Assembly (NCBI GenBank): GCA_040954595.2
Contig: CM082586.2
Location: 8,091,337 to 8,155,336, forward strand
DNA: 64,000 nt
Source: Balanoglossus misakiensis
Taxonomy: Eukaryota > Animalia > Hemichordata
Direction: 5' to 3'
Shown here: positions 1 to 34,020 of the stretch, one piece after another
Layout of the letters: each line of letters opens with the position of its first letter
Position numbering within the stretch: position 1 is the first letter of the stretch
Position numbers and translations under genes: made by a program
Notes under the pieces: generated by a model
The model's database searches: none
What the model saw: the letters and a program-made list of their open reading frames with translations, nothing else
Told to the model about the DNA's origin: nothing

Positions 1-75
1 TACCCTCAATTTTTTCAAATCCCCCCCCTCAATTCTCCTGCCCCCCCCCCTCCAGAGGTGTTTGTGAATGCAGCC

Positions 76-458
76 TTAGTCCTATGGATTGGGAACCGTC
101 CGTCAGTCCGTCTGGAGTCATTAAACAGATATTCCAGAACCGATTTCATTCCAACTTAATGCAATGAAAACGTACTGAGATGCACACATGCACGTCAATT
201 GACTTCGCGATGCGACAAAAAATGACTGTCAGACAGCCTTTATGGTTTGATTGTATTTCATGTCTGGAACCGTTGGGCCCTACGCAGATGTGCCTGAACA
301 CATTCCATTCCGACTATGGAAAAGAAGTGTTCTATCATAATAATGAATAGACATTTGAAACACTGTTGGCAGACATTCACGCACTGATCCTTTTCCACTT
401 TGAGGAGTTCTCTCTACCCATTGATCAGTGGGGACTAGGCCATTGACAATGACTTGTT
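76..458 (+). mobile_element. Short HINE/pearl-like non-autonomous element remnant
   Basis: Starts TTAGTCC with a (CCGT)-like microsatellite; ends GTGGGGACTA plus the small stem-loop GCCATTG-A-CAATGAC-TTGTT. Confidence 0.4.
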
Positions 459-1579
459 ACGTCGTGAGTGGGCGGCGCTCGTCACACAGGCACGTCAGCG
501 CGATTACATAACCGAAAACGTCGCAGATGTCACGCTTGTAATTTCTATCTGCATATTTATTGATAAAAATGTAATTTCAACGGCAAAACCAAGAACAACG
601 TAGTAATTTTCAGAGCTTCTGCGCTCCAGGGCTTTACGTATATGCGCTTCCGCTTACCGTAAGTCTGACTTCGGCCGCAGTTGCTCTGTGACAGAGGGGT
701 TGTGCTCTGGCCAATCATCTTTTCTTGGGTCAACAACTTCGTTATCCTCGTCAATAATACTTATCCAGTCAACATCGTTCAAACGACTTCTGCTCGTATC
801 GTTGAGAGGGGTTCGTAAACATGGAGTGCAACATGGGATTGTGATGACAGCCACTGTAACGTATACAATTATTGAGCGCATACTTCCACTTCGTCCTGTG
901 AACGAGCGCCGCGTGACCTGCAGAAGTTTGGCCTTTGGGTGCGGTTCAAGGTTTAGACTTGAATAGCGCCCCCAAGATTTTATATATTATCTCGATGGTC
1001 GCCTGAGCTTTTCGCGACAGGAAATTTTCGCGATATCAAAAAGCGGCAACTGTTACTCCACGATTAATTTCCGCGTTCTCGTATTTCACTGCATCGTTAT
1101 CTCCGAAAAACATTTTTTGCGGTTTTTGGACTCTCTCGTAGTTCACGAAAATTTATCGTTCGCGAAAATTTCCCGTTTTACAGTATTTTGCTACGGCCAT
1201 CTGATCCCCAGTCTACTTGGGGAATTGTGAAAACATAATATGTTATTATATCCGCAGTTGCTGAAGTCTATTAATATGCAAATTAGCAGTCCATTGACAT
1301 GATGTGATATGGGGATCAAAAATTGGTCCAGGAGTTCTGGGCATATGTCACTGTATCAATAGTGCTTTACATTCAAAACATAACTAATAGTAAAATTTCA
1401 AGCCTCGATCGCCATTATTATTCTACCATACACAAAGCAAAGGTGTTCTCTTTGTTTGTGATTTAATCAGTTCTTTGCCTTTAAAGCTGAAGTTAAATAC
1501 TTGGCAATCTGATCGTTTGTTCCTCGGTTATCGAAGGGACAGATATTCGGACGGGCATAGTACAGTGTAGTACCTTAGT

Positions 1580-1729
1580 TTGTGTGAGTGTGTTTGTGTG
1601 TGTGTGCGTGAGAGAGGGGGAGAGATGGGGGAGAGAGGAGAGTGGCTAGTGGCAGAGGGGGGAGCGAGAGAGATAGTGGGAGTGAGAGATAGAGTGGTAG
1701 AGAGAGGGGAGAGGGGAGGGAGGGAGGAG

Positions 1730-1762
<33 letters not shown>

Positions 1763-1780
1763 GAGAGTGAGAGAGAGAGA
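1580..1780. repeat. (GT)n/(GA)n low-complexity tract
   Basis: Visible dinucleotide runs. Confidence 0.85.
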
Positions 1781-3661
1781 CGCAGCCACAGACAGTGGGT
1801 ATGAAAGGTTACATGGCGCGCAGAGGAAATTCATTAGGATCTCAGTCATACCACACAGTAAATGTCAGATTTCGCTGCCCGTAGGTAATTAAAAGGATCA
1901 ACGCAGCGAGGTCGCAAATTGCGTCAAAATGACCAAGTTGAAGTTGATTAAAAAGAAAACCTGGAATTGGTGTCGACGACGTCTGTCTACATTAATACGT
2001 TGTTAGAGTCATCAAAAGCTGTCTGAAGTTGCAGGATTGTGATCGCCGGCTGTATCAAGCTGTAGTTGGACACACCGAGGGACAGACTTACAATTGGATT
2101 GTTTTTTTTTCACTTGGATGGGTGGCTGGCGAGATGGATGGATGGATGGGCGGGGATTTGCATGCATGGATGGATTGTTGGATGGAGTAGAGGTGGAAGA
2201 GCTTTGTAATTAGGTTTTCTAAGTTGCCATGGAAATTGACAACAGCATTGTAAAGTAGTCACACCTTGGAGGAAAAGGTCAATGTATCTTTCACTTGTAA
2301 TGAAAAATTGTTTCCTAAACACATGCATAACACATACACTGGATTTCTCCCCTTATCATGGATATATTGATGTACGGTCATTTCCGCGTTCATAGCAGAA
2401 GAGAATTCATATCGCCGGGATGGCTAAATATATCCTTCAAGTTGTTTTCACTATGTTTATTGTGTACTAGTATTTTCCATTGGTTTTCGCGCCGTTTTGA
2501 AATATTTCGATTTCTGTATACCATATATATTAGAACAAATAGTAAAATAGTGACTACAGTGCAAATTAGCCTGAACACACTCCACGTTATTTAATTGCGT
2601 TGGGTTACCGCCATTTCCATTATTGAGTCGACGAAAAAAAATGCTGTTGGTTTGTCCACAAATCATTTGCCGCGACTTTTGAGACATTTACACCCACTTG
2701 TATACGTGTTGTTTCAGAAATGAAGACATACATGAGCCATGGAGCTTGCGGTGTGTACGGTCATCGGTACACCCATAGTGTGTGTGTGTGTGTGTTATTG
2801 ATTTGTGGTTGCCATGGCGATAATGAGCGTTCGGGGACAGACTGGGTCCCTCTCTCATTATTTTCCGAACGATTCCGCGGCCATTGTGAGTCGAGTCGGC
2901 GCTGGATGTCGCACCTTGGCAATCTGGGTTCTTGTGAACTGCACAACTTACTCGTGAAGGACAAATTAAGAAACTGAAGTTAATACCGTTAAAACGCAAC
3001 AGTATCGAACATTTACAATAAGTGCACTCTCTTCAATATGGTTGTCGAGTCTATCTGTCATGGGGACGGAACAGTAGTACTTCCCATTTGTTCAATCTTT
3101 CAGTAAGATTATTTGGCTTTGTTGTAGGACTGACAAGATAATCTGGTATTTACTTCAAAGGAGCCTGGGCACTGTGGTGAAAGGTACTTCATGTTCTGCA
3201 TCGTTGTCTTTTGTCTACCCCAGGAAACAGCGATTCCCTTTTATACCAATTCTAAGAATTGCCACTGTTTTCTATTGTTCCAACTAACCATGGGGCTGCC
3301 ATAGAGTATAGCCCCATGCATGGACTATCCCACTAGTCGCTTGGTGATTTTCTGTCTTAAGATTCTCAATACTTTCCGTGTGTTTGCTGTAGCTTTGGGC
3401 GAGTTTCTGGTATTGAGCTGAGTTTCGAATTTGGGGCTGGGCTTCCGGTTTCGGTTCAAACGTCCACCAAGGCCAACGCGATGCCATCATGTCATTCACG
3501 CGCTCACACGTACTCGCTGCGTTCACTCCACACACGCTACATATAGAGACTCGGAACAAAACTTGTCTGTTATGTATTTATTATGAAATAATGAAGCCCG
3601 TAAACTTGGAGCAAGTCTACACATGCGTTAACCATGGACGTACCGTGTCTATAGTACAAAC

Positions 3662-3735
3662 TAGCTCTGCGTGGCAGGGCTGTGTTGTTACGGCGAGCCC
3701 TCGCCGTAACAACACAGCCCTGCCACGCAGAGCTA
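3662..3735. mobile_element. 74-bp perfect foldback MITE with 9-bp TSD (Mutator-like)
   Basis: 36-bp perfect inverted arms (3662..3697 / 3700..3735) with a 2-nt loop, flanked by AGTACAAAC at 3653..3661 and 3736..3744. Confidence 0.8.
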
Positions 3736-5857
3736 AGTACAAACATGCAAACACCATAACGTTTAGGCGTTGTTACCTCGCAAGTGAATACGAAAAATAT
3801 GACGCAGTTTGGGGAAAGTATGGCTTACAGGTTAATCTGTGGCGACCCCGACAACTACAGAAGCCGTGGGCCTAGTCCGTGATGTCGGACCGCGATTTCG
3901 ATAATAGCCCACGGTCCCCCGCTAAGTGTTGCTTAGTGATTCCAAAATTAACTCAAAAGCGTGTTAGTTGGTCATGTACGCCCATGTACGACAACAGTGT
4001 GAAGTGTGCCCTCTCGTTGGGACTATAGACACTGCGAACAGATTAACAAAGAATGTGCAAACTTGCCTGAAAATTAGTCAAGTGAAAACGACGTGTTTCG
4101 GTTTGCATTTGCAAGTTTTTCCCTGGGCAGTGCTTATGCTTTGATTTGTGAATTTCACAACATTACAAGTGGCATAGCGTTAATTGTCCATACTGCAGTA
4201 TAAAACAATGTCAGTAGCCCACACACCATTTTACACATCAGTTATATTTCAGCTATCTGCATTTTGCACTTCCCTGCATGAGTGTTGACATATCAAGCAA
4301 CTGATCTGCAAGTGTGTATTTTCTGTTAAGTGACGCCTCTACACTAAGACACTATTTTTAGTTAATATATTATGCTCCAATATGAGTTGAATGTTTCGGT
4401 TACACGCGATCTGAAGCGTGGCATTGGTTTTCAAGCATGGACGTACCACAGGTTTGAGCCAACCGAATACGATGATAGCATTATTTGAAATTCGGCCATT
4501 CTGCAATCATGTACACTACACAGACAATATTGTAAACGTATTTATCAAGGAGATACCGTATCCAAGTTCCCTAAAATATTTTCAAGATCTGTTTAATTAA
4601 AAATCGGGTGCATTTTTACTTTTATCTTAAGAGGGACGTTTGATGTATCGTGATAAACACTTCAAATGAATGAATTCATTTTCTGAGTGTTTTTGACTGA
4701 CCACTGAGTAGTTTGGCACGTGACTCCGTTTCACCCATTAGTGTGTGCCATGCAGGTCACCCACAAATGACGTACTCATTTTAACAGTCGATTTGCTAAC
4801 TTGGAAAAATATTTCCTTGGAAAACAAAAGACAGTTTAAAATCAATGTCAACAAGAAGTAATTGTGAGGGACCGGGACTGAGACCGGGGCTCTAAAACGA
4901 GTTCAGCTACAAGCGTTGCGATCATTGGGCTGGGTTGGAACAAAAGACGCCAACAATTATACGCGTGACAGAGGGCTTAATCCGAGAGCCTTGTCTTTGT
5001 GGGCTAATAGAATCATTGACAATTACATGTACATGACAATGCGAACAATTAGAGACTACATCGCTTTCTCGGTAACTCGGGCAAATTACATACACGCATT
5101 ATCACACAAGAACCAGAATGTGTACATATCGGTGCATAACGCAATCTTCTACACAACATGAGTGTATGTCTGTGTCAATATTAGTCTATCAGAATAACCC
5201 GTATGAGATGATTGGCACAGTGAGGTATAAAAAATAACAGCAACATTTACGCATCAGGACGAGCCTATGCTTGCACTGAATGGTTACCATCCAAAATCTG
5301 ATAACCCGCACGCAATCAATTATTACGAAACGCTAAGGTTTATTTCTAGAACTTGTTCACCTCTTTCAAGTTTCTGTTGTGATTTTTCTACCGGCAACTG
5401 ATGCATTTCTAAAGAATAGATTTTTTTCTAAACTGAAGCTTCGGGTTTATGTACGAACTTTTAAAGCATGGAATCGATAGATATTTATCACAGGCGTAGA
5501 AACTGAGTCATTGTTGAAGTAAAGAGCTCATTTGAAATTCCACCGTGTATCTATTGTACCTATGCCTTGGGTGGCGACTACCTACGCATCCTCCTATTGT
5601 GCAATGATTGACAGGTCATCCTCCAAACAGATGCCAGGAATGCTAATATGCCTTTTGTTTCTTTTGACCAATCATCTGCAAGAGATGCAAAGTGTTGGTA
5701 TTGTTACGTCACTCACAGGGATTCCTCGCAAGTTGTATTCGTTCGGTAATAACACATGTGTACGCAGACTTAATAAGGAGGCACGATTTTTTTTCTCTGC
5801 AAGGACCAAAGACATTCATTGGTGCTGAAAGACACCTTGAAAAAAAGTCGATAGGCG

Positions 5858-26299
<20,442 letters not shown>

Positions 26300-26931
26300 G
26301 GTAACCCAGCGGCGTTCATGTACAAAGAGACACTGCCCGACACTTCAATTATTTATTTATAACTACTGTATTACCTTCTTGCCATATTTACTTCTGTACT
26401 TCTCCACTTTTTTTGAAAGAAAGTATTTTGTTGACGTCACTTTCTATCAACATTTACAACTTATATGTGCAAATGAGACATTTCGTCACGTGTGAAACAG
26501 GCATGCACTCTAATAAATTAGTCTTTTTAATGTTTAATGTTTAAAATACAACTCGTCTGGCAACTCTTAGACTAGGACAATCATCCTACTGTAGTTTAGT
26601 TAGCCTAGACAAATTTTAACTAACCCTTTAGTGTTTGGAATTAGTGTCTAACCTTTTTGTGAAACAAAATACTAATATATTGATTTTAAACTGCATGACC
26701 TGTAAGAGTGTGTTTTTCTTATGAAGAAAGTACAAGAGGAGGACATATTTTGATATAAGATGCAATTTTGTATGTTTACTACGTGTAATTGTAAAACTTG
26801 CCTTTATTAACTGGAGATATTTTACACTGTATTTGGAGACAACTCACTGACCTCAACCTTTGAGCTTTTTTGATTCTTAAAGTTTCACATTTTGATGAAC
26901 GTCAAGAGAATTGTTGCGAGACAAAGATTTA

Positions 26932-26937
26932 AATAAA
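26932..26937 (+). terminator. Candidate polyadenylation signal of tbr (alternative at 26512..26517)
   Basis: AATAAA followed by U/GU-rich sequence. Confidence 0.4.
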
Positions 26938-27383
26938 TTTGTTAATGTTTTAATTGATTTCTGCGCAGCTTGAGTGATTTCTTTAAAAAAACCCGGAAAG
27001 AATGTGGCTAAGTCCAGCACTCACAGAAAATGGGACAGACCAATCGAATTAAAACATAGCGCCTTGTGGAGATAACGGTCCGCCGGATAGGGCAGCACTT
27101 GCCTGTTTTCAGCGATAAATAAATTAACGCCGTCTCTCGCACTTTCCCGTATCATTCGCCTCGAGAGTATATGCAAATTACCCGAAATCTCGCAAAACAC
27201 GTTACGTGGTTATGCGAGACTATCATACGTTGTTTACACTCAGAGAGTGGTGCCAGCCAGTGAAAGTGACGAGTTCAATCATGTTTTTCGGATTCCGATG
27301 AAGAGTATGAATAAAGCGACACCGATGCAGGTTCTGTCTGTGATAAGTCTCGCTTGCCCGACCTCGCCCTAACCGACCACAGG

Positions 27384-27568
27384 CGAATTAGGCGTTCTTT
27401 TCGGGGAAACAAACAAACAAACAAACAAACAAACAAATAAACAAACAAAATTTAGTTTGTTTTGTTTGTTCAATTCAAGACACCGCGTTGCTTATCATGA
27501 CGGTGGTTGTTGTTTCTTTCTTTCTTTCTTTTGTTTGTTTGTTTCCCCCGAAAAGAATGCCTAATTCG
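27384..27568. mobile_element. Foldback element with (AAAC)n/(GTTT)n arms
   Basis: CGAATTAGGCGTTCTTTTCGGGGAAACAAAC... inverted against ...GTTTGTTTCCCCCGAAAAGAATGCCTAATTCG. Confidence 0.6.
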
Positions 27569-27885
27569 TCGTGATCCGACGGGACAGCCAAGTCAAAGTT
27601 TTATTTTCTAAACATGATGTGTACCAGACTGTACCCATTTGGGAATCCCTCACATGCCATTTTTTTTTTTTTGGGGGGGGGGGGGGGGGTGGAGTTACTC
27701 CCTTCTCTCTGTCAATGACTGTGATTATGAATAAAGGCCTCCATGATTTTGGGAACATGATGCATATATGTATGCACATGGTTTGTCATGACGGGGTTGA
27801 TAGATTTGATATTTCAAAATTAAATTCAATATTCAGCAGGTATTATTCATTTTGGTGAGTTTTTTCACTCTCATGTCTACAAGCA

Positions 27886-28011
27886 GGATGGAAGGTGTTA
27901 GTGGTTGAACGTCGATTCACTATATATCCACATGTAGAATAACATAAATGGTGTCTTGTATCAAACATAATAAATGGAAAAAGGTCAGCGAGAGAGAGAC
28001 TTTTCCCTTTA
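27886..28011. repeat. TIR of the same TTAA MITE family as 13452..14710
   Basis: GGATGGAAG..GATTCACTATATATCCACAT..GGTGTCTTGTATCAAACATAA..CAGCGAGAGAGAGAC..CCCTTTAA. Confidence 0.6.
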
Positions 28012-28145
28012 ATCAAATAAATTCCCTGCACTGTGCTTAGACTAGTGTCAAGTATGCCCTGTTCCCATAATTCCATTTGTGTCATACAGGCATGTTTAGA
28101 GATTCCACCTGCCCGGTGATTACTTCATATAAATTTTTGGCTTAA

Positions 28146-28330
28146 AGGTTTACGGTCACCTATGCAAATTTAGCCACAGTTGCCATGGTAACTTTGGATC
28201 AAGTCAATCACAGATTTTCAGTGGGTGGCACACGCTAAAAAAAGAGCGCCACTATATGTTCTTTTGAACGCTCAAATACACCATTTCAGCCATATATGGG
28301 CGTATGTAAATTGGAGGTGACTGCATACCT
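28146..28330. mobile_element. TTAA-flanked MITE (Kolobok-like)
   Basis: TTAA|AGGT...ACCT|TTAA with imperfect TIR (GGTCACCT / AGGTGACT); second copy at ~63527..63678. Confidence 0.65.
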
Positions 28331-28376
28331 TTAAACAGAAATGACCAAACACACAAAGAAGTCAAATTTACCAGCA

Positions 28377-28382
28377 TTTATT
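28377..28382 (-). terminator. Candidate polyadenylation signal of BAG3
   Basis: AATAAA on the minus strand ~440 nt past the stop codon. Confidence 0.45.
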
Positions 28383-28819
28383 AATCAGCTGCACCACATG
28401 GGTGTCTCTCTGTGTGTACACAATAAGGCAATATCAGATAAATAGATTAATATATACAGAATATTTCAAAAGGCTCCTGAAGAATGCTTCTACACAAATC
28501 TTGCATGCAGGGATAACATTAAAATATGCCTAAGCTTTACAAAAAAAAAACATATCTATAATAATGCCACGATAAATGAAAACATCTCTAAATTGCACTA
28601 ACAATATATGTGTTTCAAATACTTCACGAGCAGCATTCTTACAAATACATAAACATTATGTATCTCCTATGTCAATGACATCACTGCAAAGTCATTTCTA
28701 ACACACCAACAACACAAAGCAGATGCATTGCAATTTCATCATGATAGTCATCAGCCATTTTTGCATTGTTCGTAAGTCTTCGATGCTAATCTACATAATA
28801 CCGCCTTTCACACCTGTCA

Positions 28820-31122
28820 TCAACACACCAGTCCCGCACTGTCCATGTCACCTGTATTTTCCTGACAAGTTTTACCTTCGCTCTCATTTCCTAACTCTAC
28901 AGGACAACTTTGTACTTTCTGACTCTGTTCAATTCCTCCTTCCGGCCTCACCCCTTGGCCGCCAGCGTCCTCTGCCCGATTGCCACATTTTGGATTTGTC
29001 ACTTTTTGTTCCAAGATTTCGATGCATCTTTGTACATTCCTCACGGCGTTCCTCCTAGCACTTCTAATATCCTCGTTACCATTGGACTCTATGTTGTCCA
29101 ATTTCAACAGATTTCTAGTCAGGAACTCTTCTAGATGTAAATACTCCTTGTCACTTTTTCTGCCTTGAAAGGCTTCAACTTGCTGAAGTAAATACTTGGT
29201 GTCCTCGGTGATTTTGTTGATTTCTATTAATTCTGGAGAAGAATTTGCATATTTTACTCTCTCTTGTGAGTTCATAGAGGGCGCTCTTCCCGTTGCTTGT
29301 GGAGCAGTTGGTTGCTCAGGTTCTCGGTGATTGGATTGTGGTATTTGTGACGCTGAGGATTGTGGGTAGCTTGGCGCCGCTGATTGGCTCGTGTGTAAAG
29401 GCGACGAGCTGGCAGCTGGGGGGCCCTTTTCGACCTGGATTGGAATTATCCGTTCGTTGGTCGATCGTGCCGCGTTCCCGGGATGTGGATGGTGATGGGA
29501 TGTGGATGGAGCCCTCTCTGCCTCATTCACTTGTTGCTGTTGTCTCATTTGGTCATGATGTCGCCGTACACCTTCCCTGTGTGCAGTGGGGTCTGCATGC
29601 GGGTGATGGGCGCTTGCAGCATCTCCCGGATTACGGCCATCGACTTCTATTGGGATAATTCTCTCTTTGGCACTTCCAGGGTTTGTCCATGCTGAACGAC
29701 TCGATGTTGGATTTCCATGACCGGAATATCCCGGCTGATGTCGTCCACTGAAGAAGGGATCTTCAGCAAATGGGGAATGGCTTCCAAACATGGACTCTCG
29801 GCCAGAAAAATGCTGATCCATTGGCTGCAAGAAAAGAACGAGTGAGCTCGTTAAGTATTTTGGCTAGAACAATACAAATGAAAATATGGACTCGTCAGAA
29901 ATGTCTTTGTGACACAGTGTCACCTGACAGGTGGGACCGCACAAAACCAAACTCTTCAATGTGGCAAAAAATTGTTCTTAAATTTATTGTAACAGCAATA
30001 CGGTTTAAAAAATCAGAATTGACGGATCTATGTATGTGTGTGATCAGATACAAATATAATCTACCAATATTCTGAATGAGCGTGACACCAATGAAAACTT
30101 GAGTTTCCTCACGTAGCTGTATCCCTCTGAGTTAGTGGCTTCGAGGGTAACAACCACTAAGTGTGATTGTGGGGAAATTAGTCATCTTTGATATTACAAC
30201 CGTTTGGAATATTTGTATATATTGTATGTCACTAATCCAATACTAAGTGTGTGGTGTGTGTGTGTGTGGGGGGGGGGGGGGGGTATTTGTTTCCTGTAAT
30301 TAGCCATGCATGTGTGTCCATCCATTCATTGTGACTGGACTTCAAATAAGCATACAGCATAAATAGTTTAGTCATCGGTTTAAATGGGATTATCTAATTG
30401 ATGGTTTAATTGATTGGTTCGCGGAGGATTCTAGACACAGGCGCAGGAATCACACTGACTGTAGCCTGATTCAACATGTGAAGAAGAAATTTGTTCTTTA
30501 CACGTTGAATCAGGCTACAGTCAGTGTGATTCCTGCGCCCTTGATTCTAGGCCTCCACGGTTGGTTTCTAGTTGTACTGAATATGCCACTCCTTTTCTGT
30601 TTGATATTTGCTTGTCAACATGTATCAGTGTCAAACACACGAGAAAAATCGCCCATCAAACATGACGTGGCAGATTTAACCACAGTACCTCCACGATATA
30701 ATGTCGACAGTGAAAGATCTCTCTCTGCATTGCAGATACATTTACATGTAAATGTCTGAATGGATAAACACTGACAGTGACAGCAACGAAGTCGAGTAAC
30801 ACCGTATTGATGTGTTTGGACGATCGGACATAACATTTAACCACACCAGAGTGACGACAACAGAGAGATTTTCAGCGGTGACATAATTCGTAACACAATT
30901 TAAAGAGATTTAACAAAATAGTCCACATACCGGTCGACGCCTGGGGTCTTGCCAAGTTGTCCTTTTCGTATTGTGATCCACGTAAAATGGCCAGCCGGTT
31001 TGTGTATCGAATAACATTTCCCAACCTGGTGGCAGCGGGTTACTTGAATCGGCACCTACACGAAATCTTCCGTCGTTGTACGAGCTGCGATTGAATGATC
31101 CAGACTGGTCTTGGCTGGCCAT
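28820..31122 (-). CDS. BAG3: BAG3/starvin-like co-chaperone (WW domain, two IPV motifs, BAG domain), ~398 aa; complement(join(28820..29824,30931..31122))
   Basis: Exon 1 encodes the WW domain [33 protein letters not shown] and ends CCG|GTATGT. Exon 2 starts after TTCTTGCAG in phase 0 and contains IIPIEV, IIPIQV and a BAG domain ([57 protein letters not shown]). Confidence 0.92.
30435..30542. mobile_element. ~108-bp foldback MITE in the BAG3 intron, hAT-like
   Basis: 36-bp perfect inverted arms GGCGCAGGAATCACACTGACTGTAGCCTGATTCAAC (30440..30475 / 30504..30539), flanked by direct repeat GATTCTAG (30427..30434, 30543..30550). Confidence 0.7.
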
Positions 31123-31149
31123 CTTGGCACTTTATACACATTACTTCCG

Positions 31150-31285
31150 TACTTTCTCGAATGCACTGGCTCTCCCAGAAAGATCACGAGTTTTCCAGAA
31201 ACAGTCGCACTGCTGTTCCAAGGACATAATTGATTGGTAACTCTTGTTGACAATTGCATATTTCGACCAATCAGAATGTTCCTTA
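31150..31285 (-). promoter_or_regulatory. BAG3 proximal promoter with heat-shock-element cores and CCAAT boxes
   Basis: TTCTCGAA (31154..31161), GAGTTTTCCAGAA (31188..31200) and GAATGTTC (31274..31281); GATTGG at 31232 and CCAATCA at 31267; all within ~160 bp of the ATG. Confidence 0.5.
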
Positions 31286-31967
31286 TAACACTCGTGACGA
31301 TTCACCGCTAGAGGGCGCGATATTAGGCGAGGATCCGAAAATCATACGCAATCTGAAGCTATCTGGGTCCGATCCTCCTACGAGGTGGAATGTATCAGGC
31401 CTGTCCCTATGCAAAATTAGTTGATCTTTGCAGTTCTGTTTTGTTCTGTGAATCGACCAACGACCACACCAGAGTCTCAGGATTCCAGACTACCAACGAC
31501 TCCAACACAAGTGCTGTTCTGAACGTTTCAAGTCGCTCTCTGACAGTTTGGCGTGCAGGCCTATAAATAGACCCTCGACTCGGACGTTGCAGGCGCACAT
31601 CATCACTGCCGCTCCCTGACCCGATCGACCTACGCTGGGTCGATCGGGTGGACGACACCCTATCCACCCGCCGTTTTAAAAATGGTGTGATAGAGGAGGA
31701 GGTACCGACTACGAGAACGTACTATTTAAAGTCGCCGCCAGAACTATCAACAGACCGGCGGCGACGACGAGGCCGCGCCGCCCCCGAAGAAAAAGAGACG
31801 ACATCCGAAGAAAGAGAGCCAGAAGGCCCACCTGCACCTGCCCGAGCTGAGCCCGGAAGAAAGCATTCCACTAACCCCAGGGAGAGATTTGAGACATGAG
31901 ACGTAGACGTGACCAGAGACTTTTAGTATAGTTCCAGAGACTTTTATCGTTCGAACACTTCATTTTT

Positions 31968-34020
31968 AGGGGACCGAGCGCCCTCAGGCGCTCGGTCCCC
32001 TTCTGTTATTGCTGGAGTTTTTCTTCTTTCTTCTTGAGTCGTTTTTTTGCTCCCATTTTTCTCAACATTTCCTGGACGCACGTTCATGAAACTTCGCACG
32101 GTGGTGGGAGTACATGAGTACTGGTGCACCTGCCCTTTCATTTTGTAATTAGTCTCGTGACTTGGTGGCTATAATCGAGCGAAATTTTCAAATTGACCTA
32201 ATTTGCACGTTAATGGCGGCATGTACATTCTTTTCGCGATTTTTGTAGATCATGTGACCAAAATCCCCTGTGCCAAATTTCAAGGTCCTAGGCCACGTCG
32301 ATTTTGAGAAGAAGATTTTTGTAATATTTTTCGCATTTTTTGGTGGGCTGAGGACGGACACTGGGGTATCGGACTTTCACTGTCATTACATAATCCTGCG
32401 GAGGTCTCATTAGCAGGGTACACACTTCGTTGGAAAATCGGCTGAAATACGTAAACAGACCAGTGATTATTTTCCACGGAATGAATTTTGGGACAACACA
32501 TGATCGGAGTTCAGGCTGTGTTAGGGCGTATTATTGAAGTACGCTGAGTTTGTTAGCTGTTGCTGTGCAAATGTTTGTATCCAGACCCGGCTACACTGGT
32601 TAACATAGCGGCAGCAGACTTTGACCCTCAGTCGCTAATGGGCGAGTCAGGTTTCATTAGCATGGTAGTCACATGTAGTGGGTATTAGTTCAGGAAATCG
32701 GCCGAATACGTAAGCAGACCAGTGATTTTCTTGCACGAAGGGAGTATGGTACCAGCAATAATCAGAGATCAGGCTTCATTGCCGTTCAAAAGTTCCTACC
32801 TCAGTCGTGACGTTGCAACTGGACGTTCAGTATGGGGGTCGGCCCGCAGGTGGCCGTGGGGGTTATCAGGTCGCCCGTAATGGCACGCAGCTTCATGCAG
32901 CTGTATGGGACCAAAATAATACACCCGATTCGGGGGTCACCTGTGATACCTGCGTAACTCAATTATGTGCATGCGCAATTGTGGGGTCAATGAAAGGGAT
33001 GCTAGCGTGGTTTTTGTTGCACATGGATCAATATGAAGTCCGATTTTCCTGTCACGTTGTGGGCGACCTTGTGTGACATTTCACATACTTTTGCTTAGTG
33101 AATAACAGCAGATGCATGCAGCTTTGGCGTGGGGGATATACGGATGGGTCCATAATGATATACCAAAGGCGGAGTCACCTGTTGCACCTGCCTAAGTCAT
33201 TGATTGTGTACATGTAATTTTACACTAACCAACAGGTCGATATGTGGGGTTTCAGTTCCACAGGGACGAATGTAAGTGTCAGTTGGTTTTTGCCCAAATG
33301 TATAAGGTGATTTGATGACCTCTGTCGTACAGTGCCACATCTCAGCACGTTGTACAGGTGCAGCTTTGGTATTTGGAGGGATGAAACTATCATGAAATGC
33401 CAAATACAAGGGGATACCTGTGACACCTACTTGATTCATGTATTACACGCATACCTAATAGTAGGCAAAGTGGAAGGGCTGCAAATGCAGGATTTGTTGC
33501 ACATGACATAAACTGGAATGAACATTTTTTGTCAAATTTTCGGGTGACCTCAGGTGTCCATTGACCTGCTTTCCATATGTTAGCTCGCACATCATATATA
33601 GCCAGGTGTTTGGAGGGGAGGGTAGGACCCTCTGCGTCATGACATGCTGAATTCCTGGGGCCACCTGTAACTTACTTGCGTAACTCATTATTATGGCCAT
33701 ATCTAAGTTGACAAACCCGAAGGGCGGTGATTTTCCGTTGTCTTGAATATGAACCAAATAAGAATCCTAATTTTTGGCCCAATTTTGGGTACCCTCAGCT
33801 GACCTTTGATGTACTCACTGAAGTACTTACAACGTAGAAGTTCACCTTTGGTTGTTGTGTTTGTACTTGTAGGACATGCATTTCGGGTGGTTGCCTACTT
33901 CCCCATATCTCAACATCGAGAGCAAATACAGCCTACGCATTTGAATGGTACAACCCTGAATGGAGTCTAATGGTTATTCACTCTATGCTTGGGCCCCTTC
34001 AACGCTGCTTGCAGCTTTAA
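31968..34020 (+). mobile_element. Divergent Helentron/HINE-like element in the opposite orientation
   Basis: 5' hairpin AGGGGACCGAGCG-CCCTCAGG-CGCTCGGTCCCCT has the same loop as family A, followed by a TTC-rich tract. The 3' end is GCTTGGGCCC..GCTGCTTGCAGCTTTAA. It is inserted between T runs and may be composite. Confidence 0.6.

Noticed and set aside
557-990. Overlapping short ORFs, possibly a transposon remnant
   Set aside because: No recognisable motif and no splice context.
2259-2266. T-box half site TCACACCT upstream of tbr (autoregulation)
   Set aside because: A single 8-mer is expected by chance in 64 kb; another lies in the BAG3 3' UTR.
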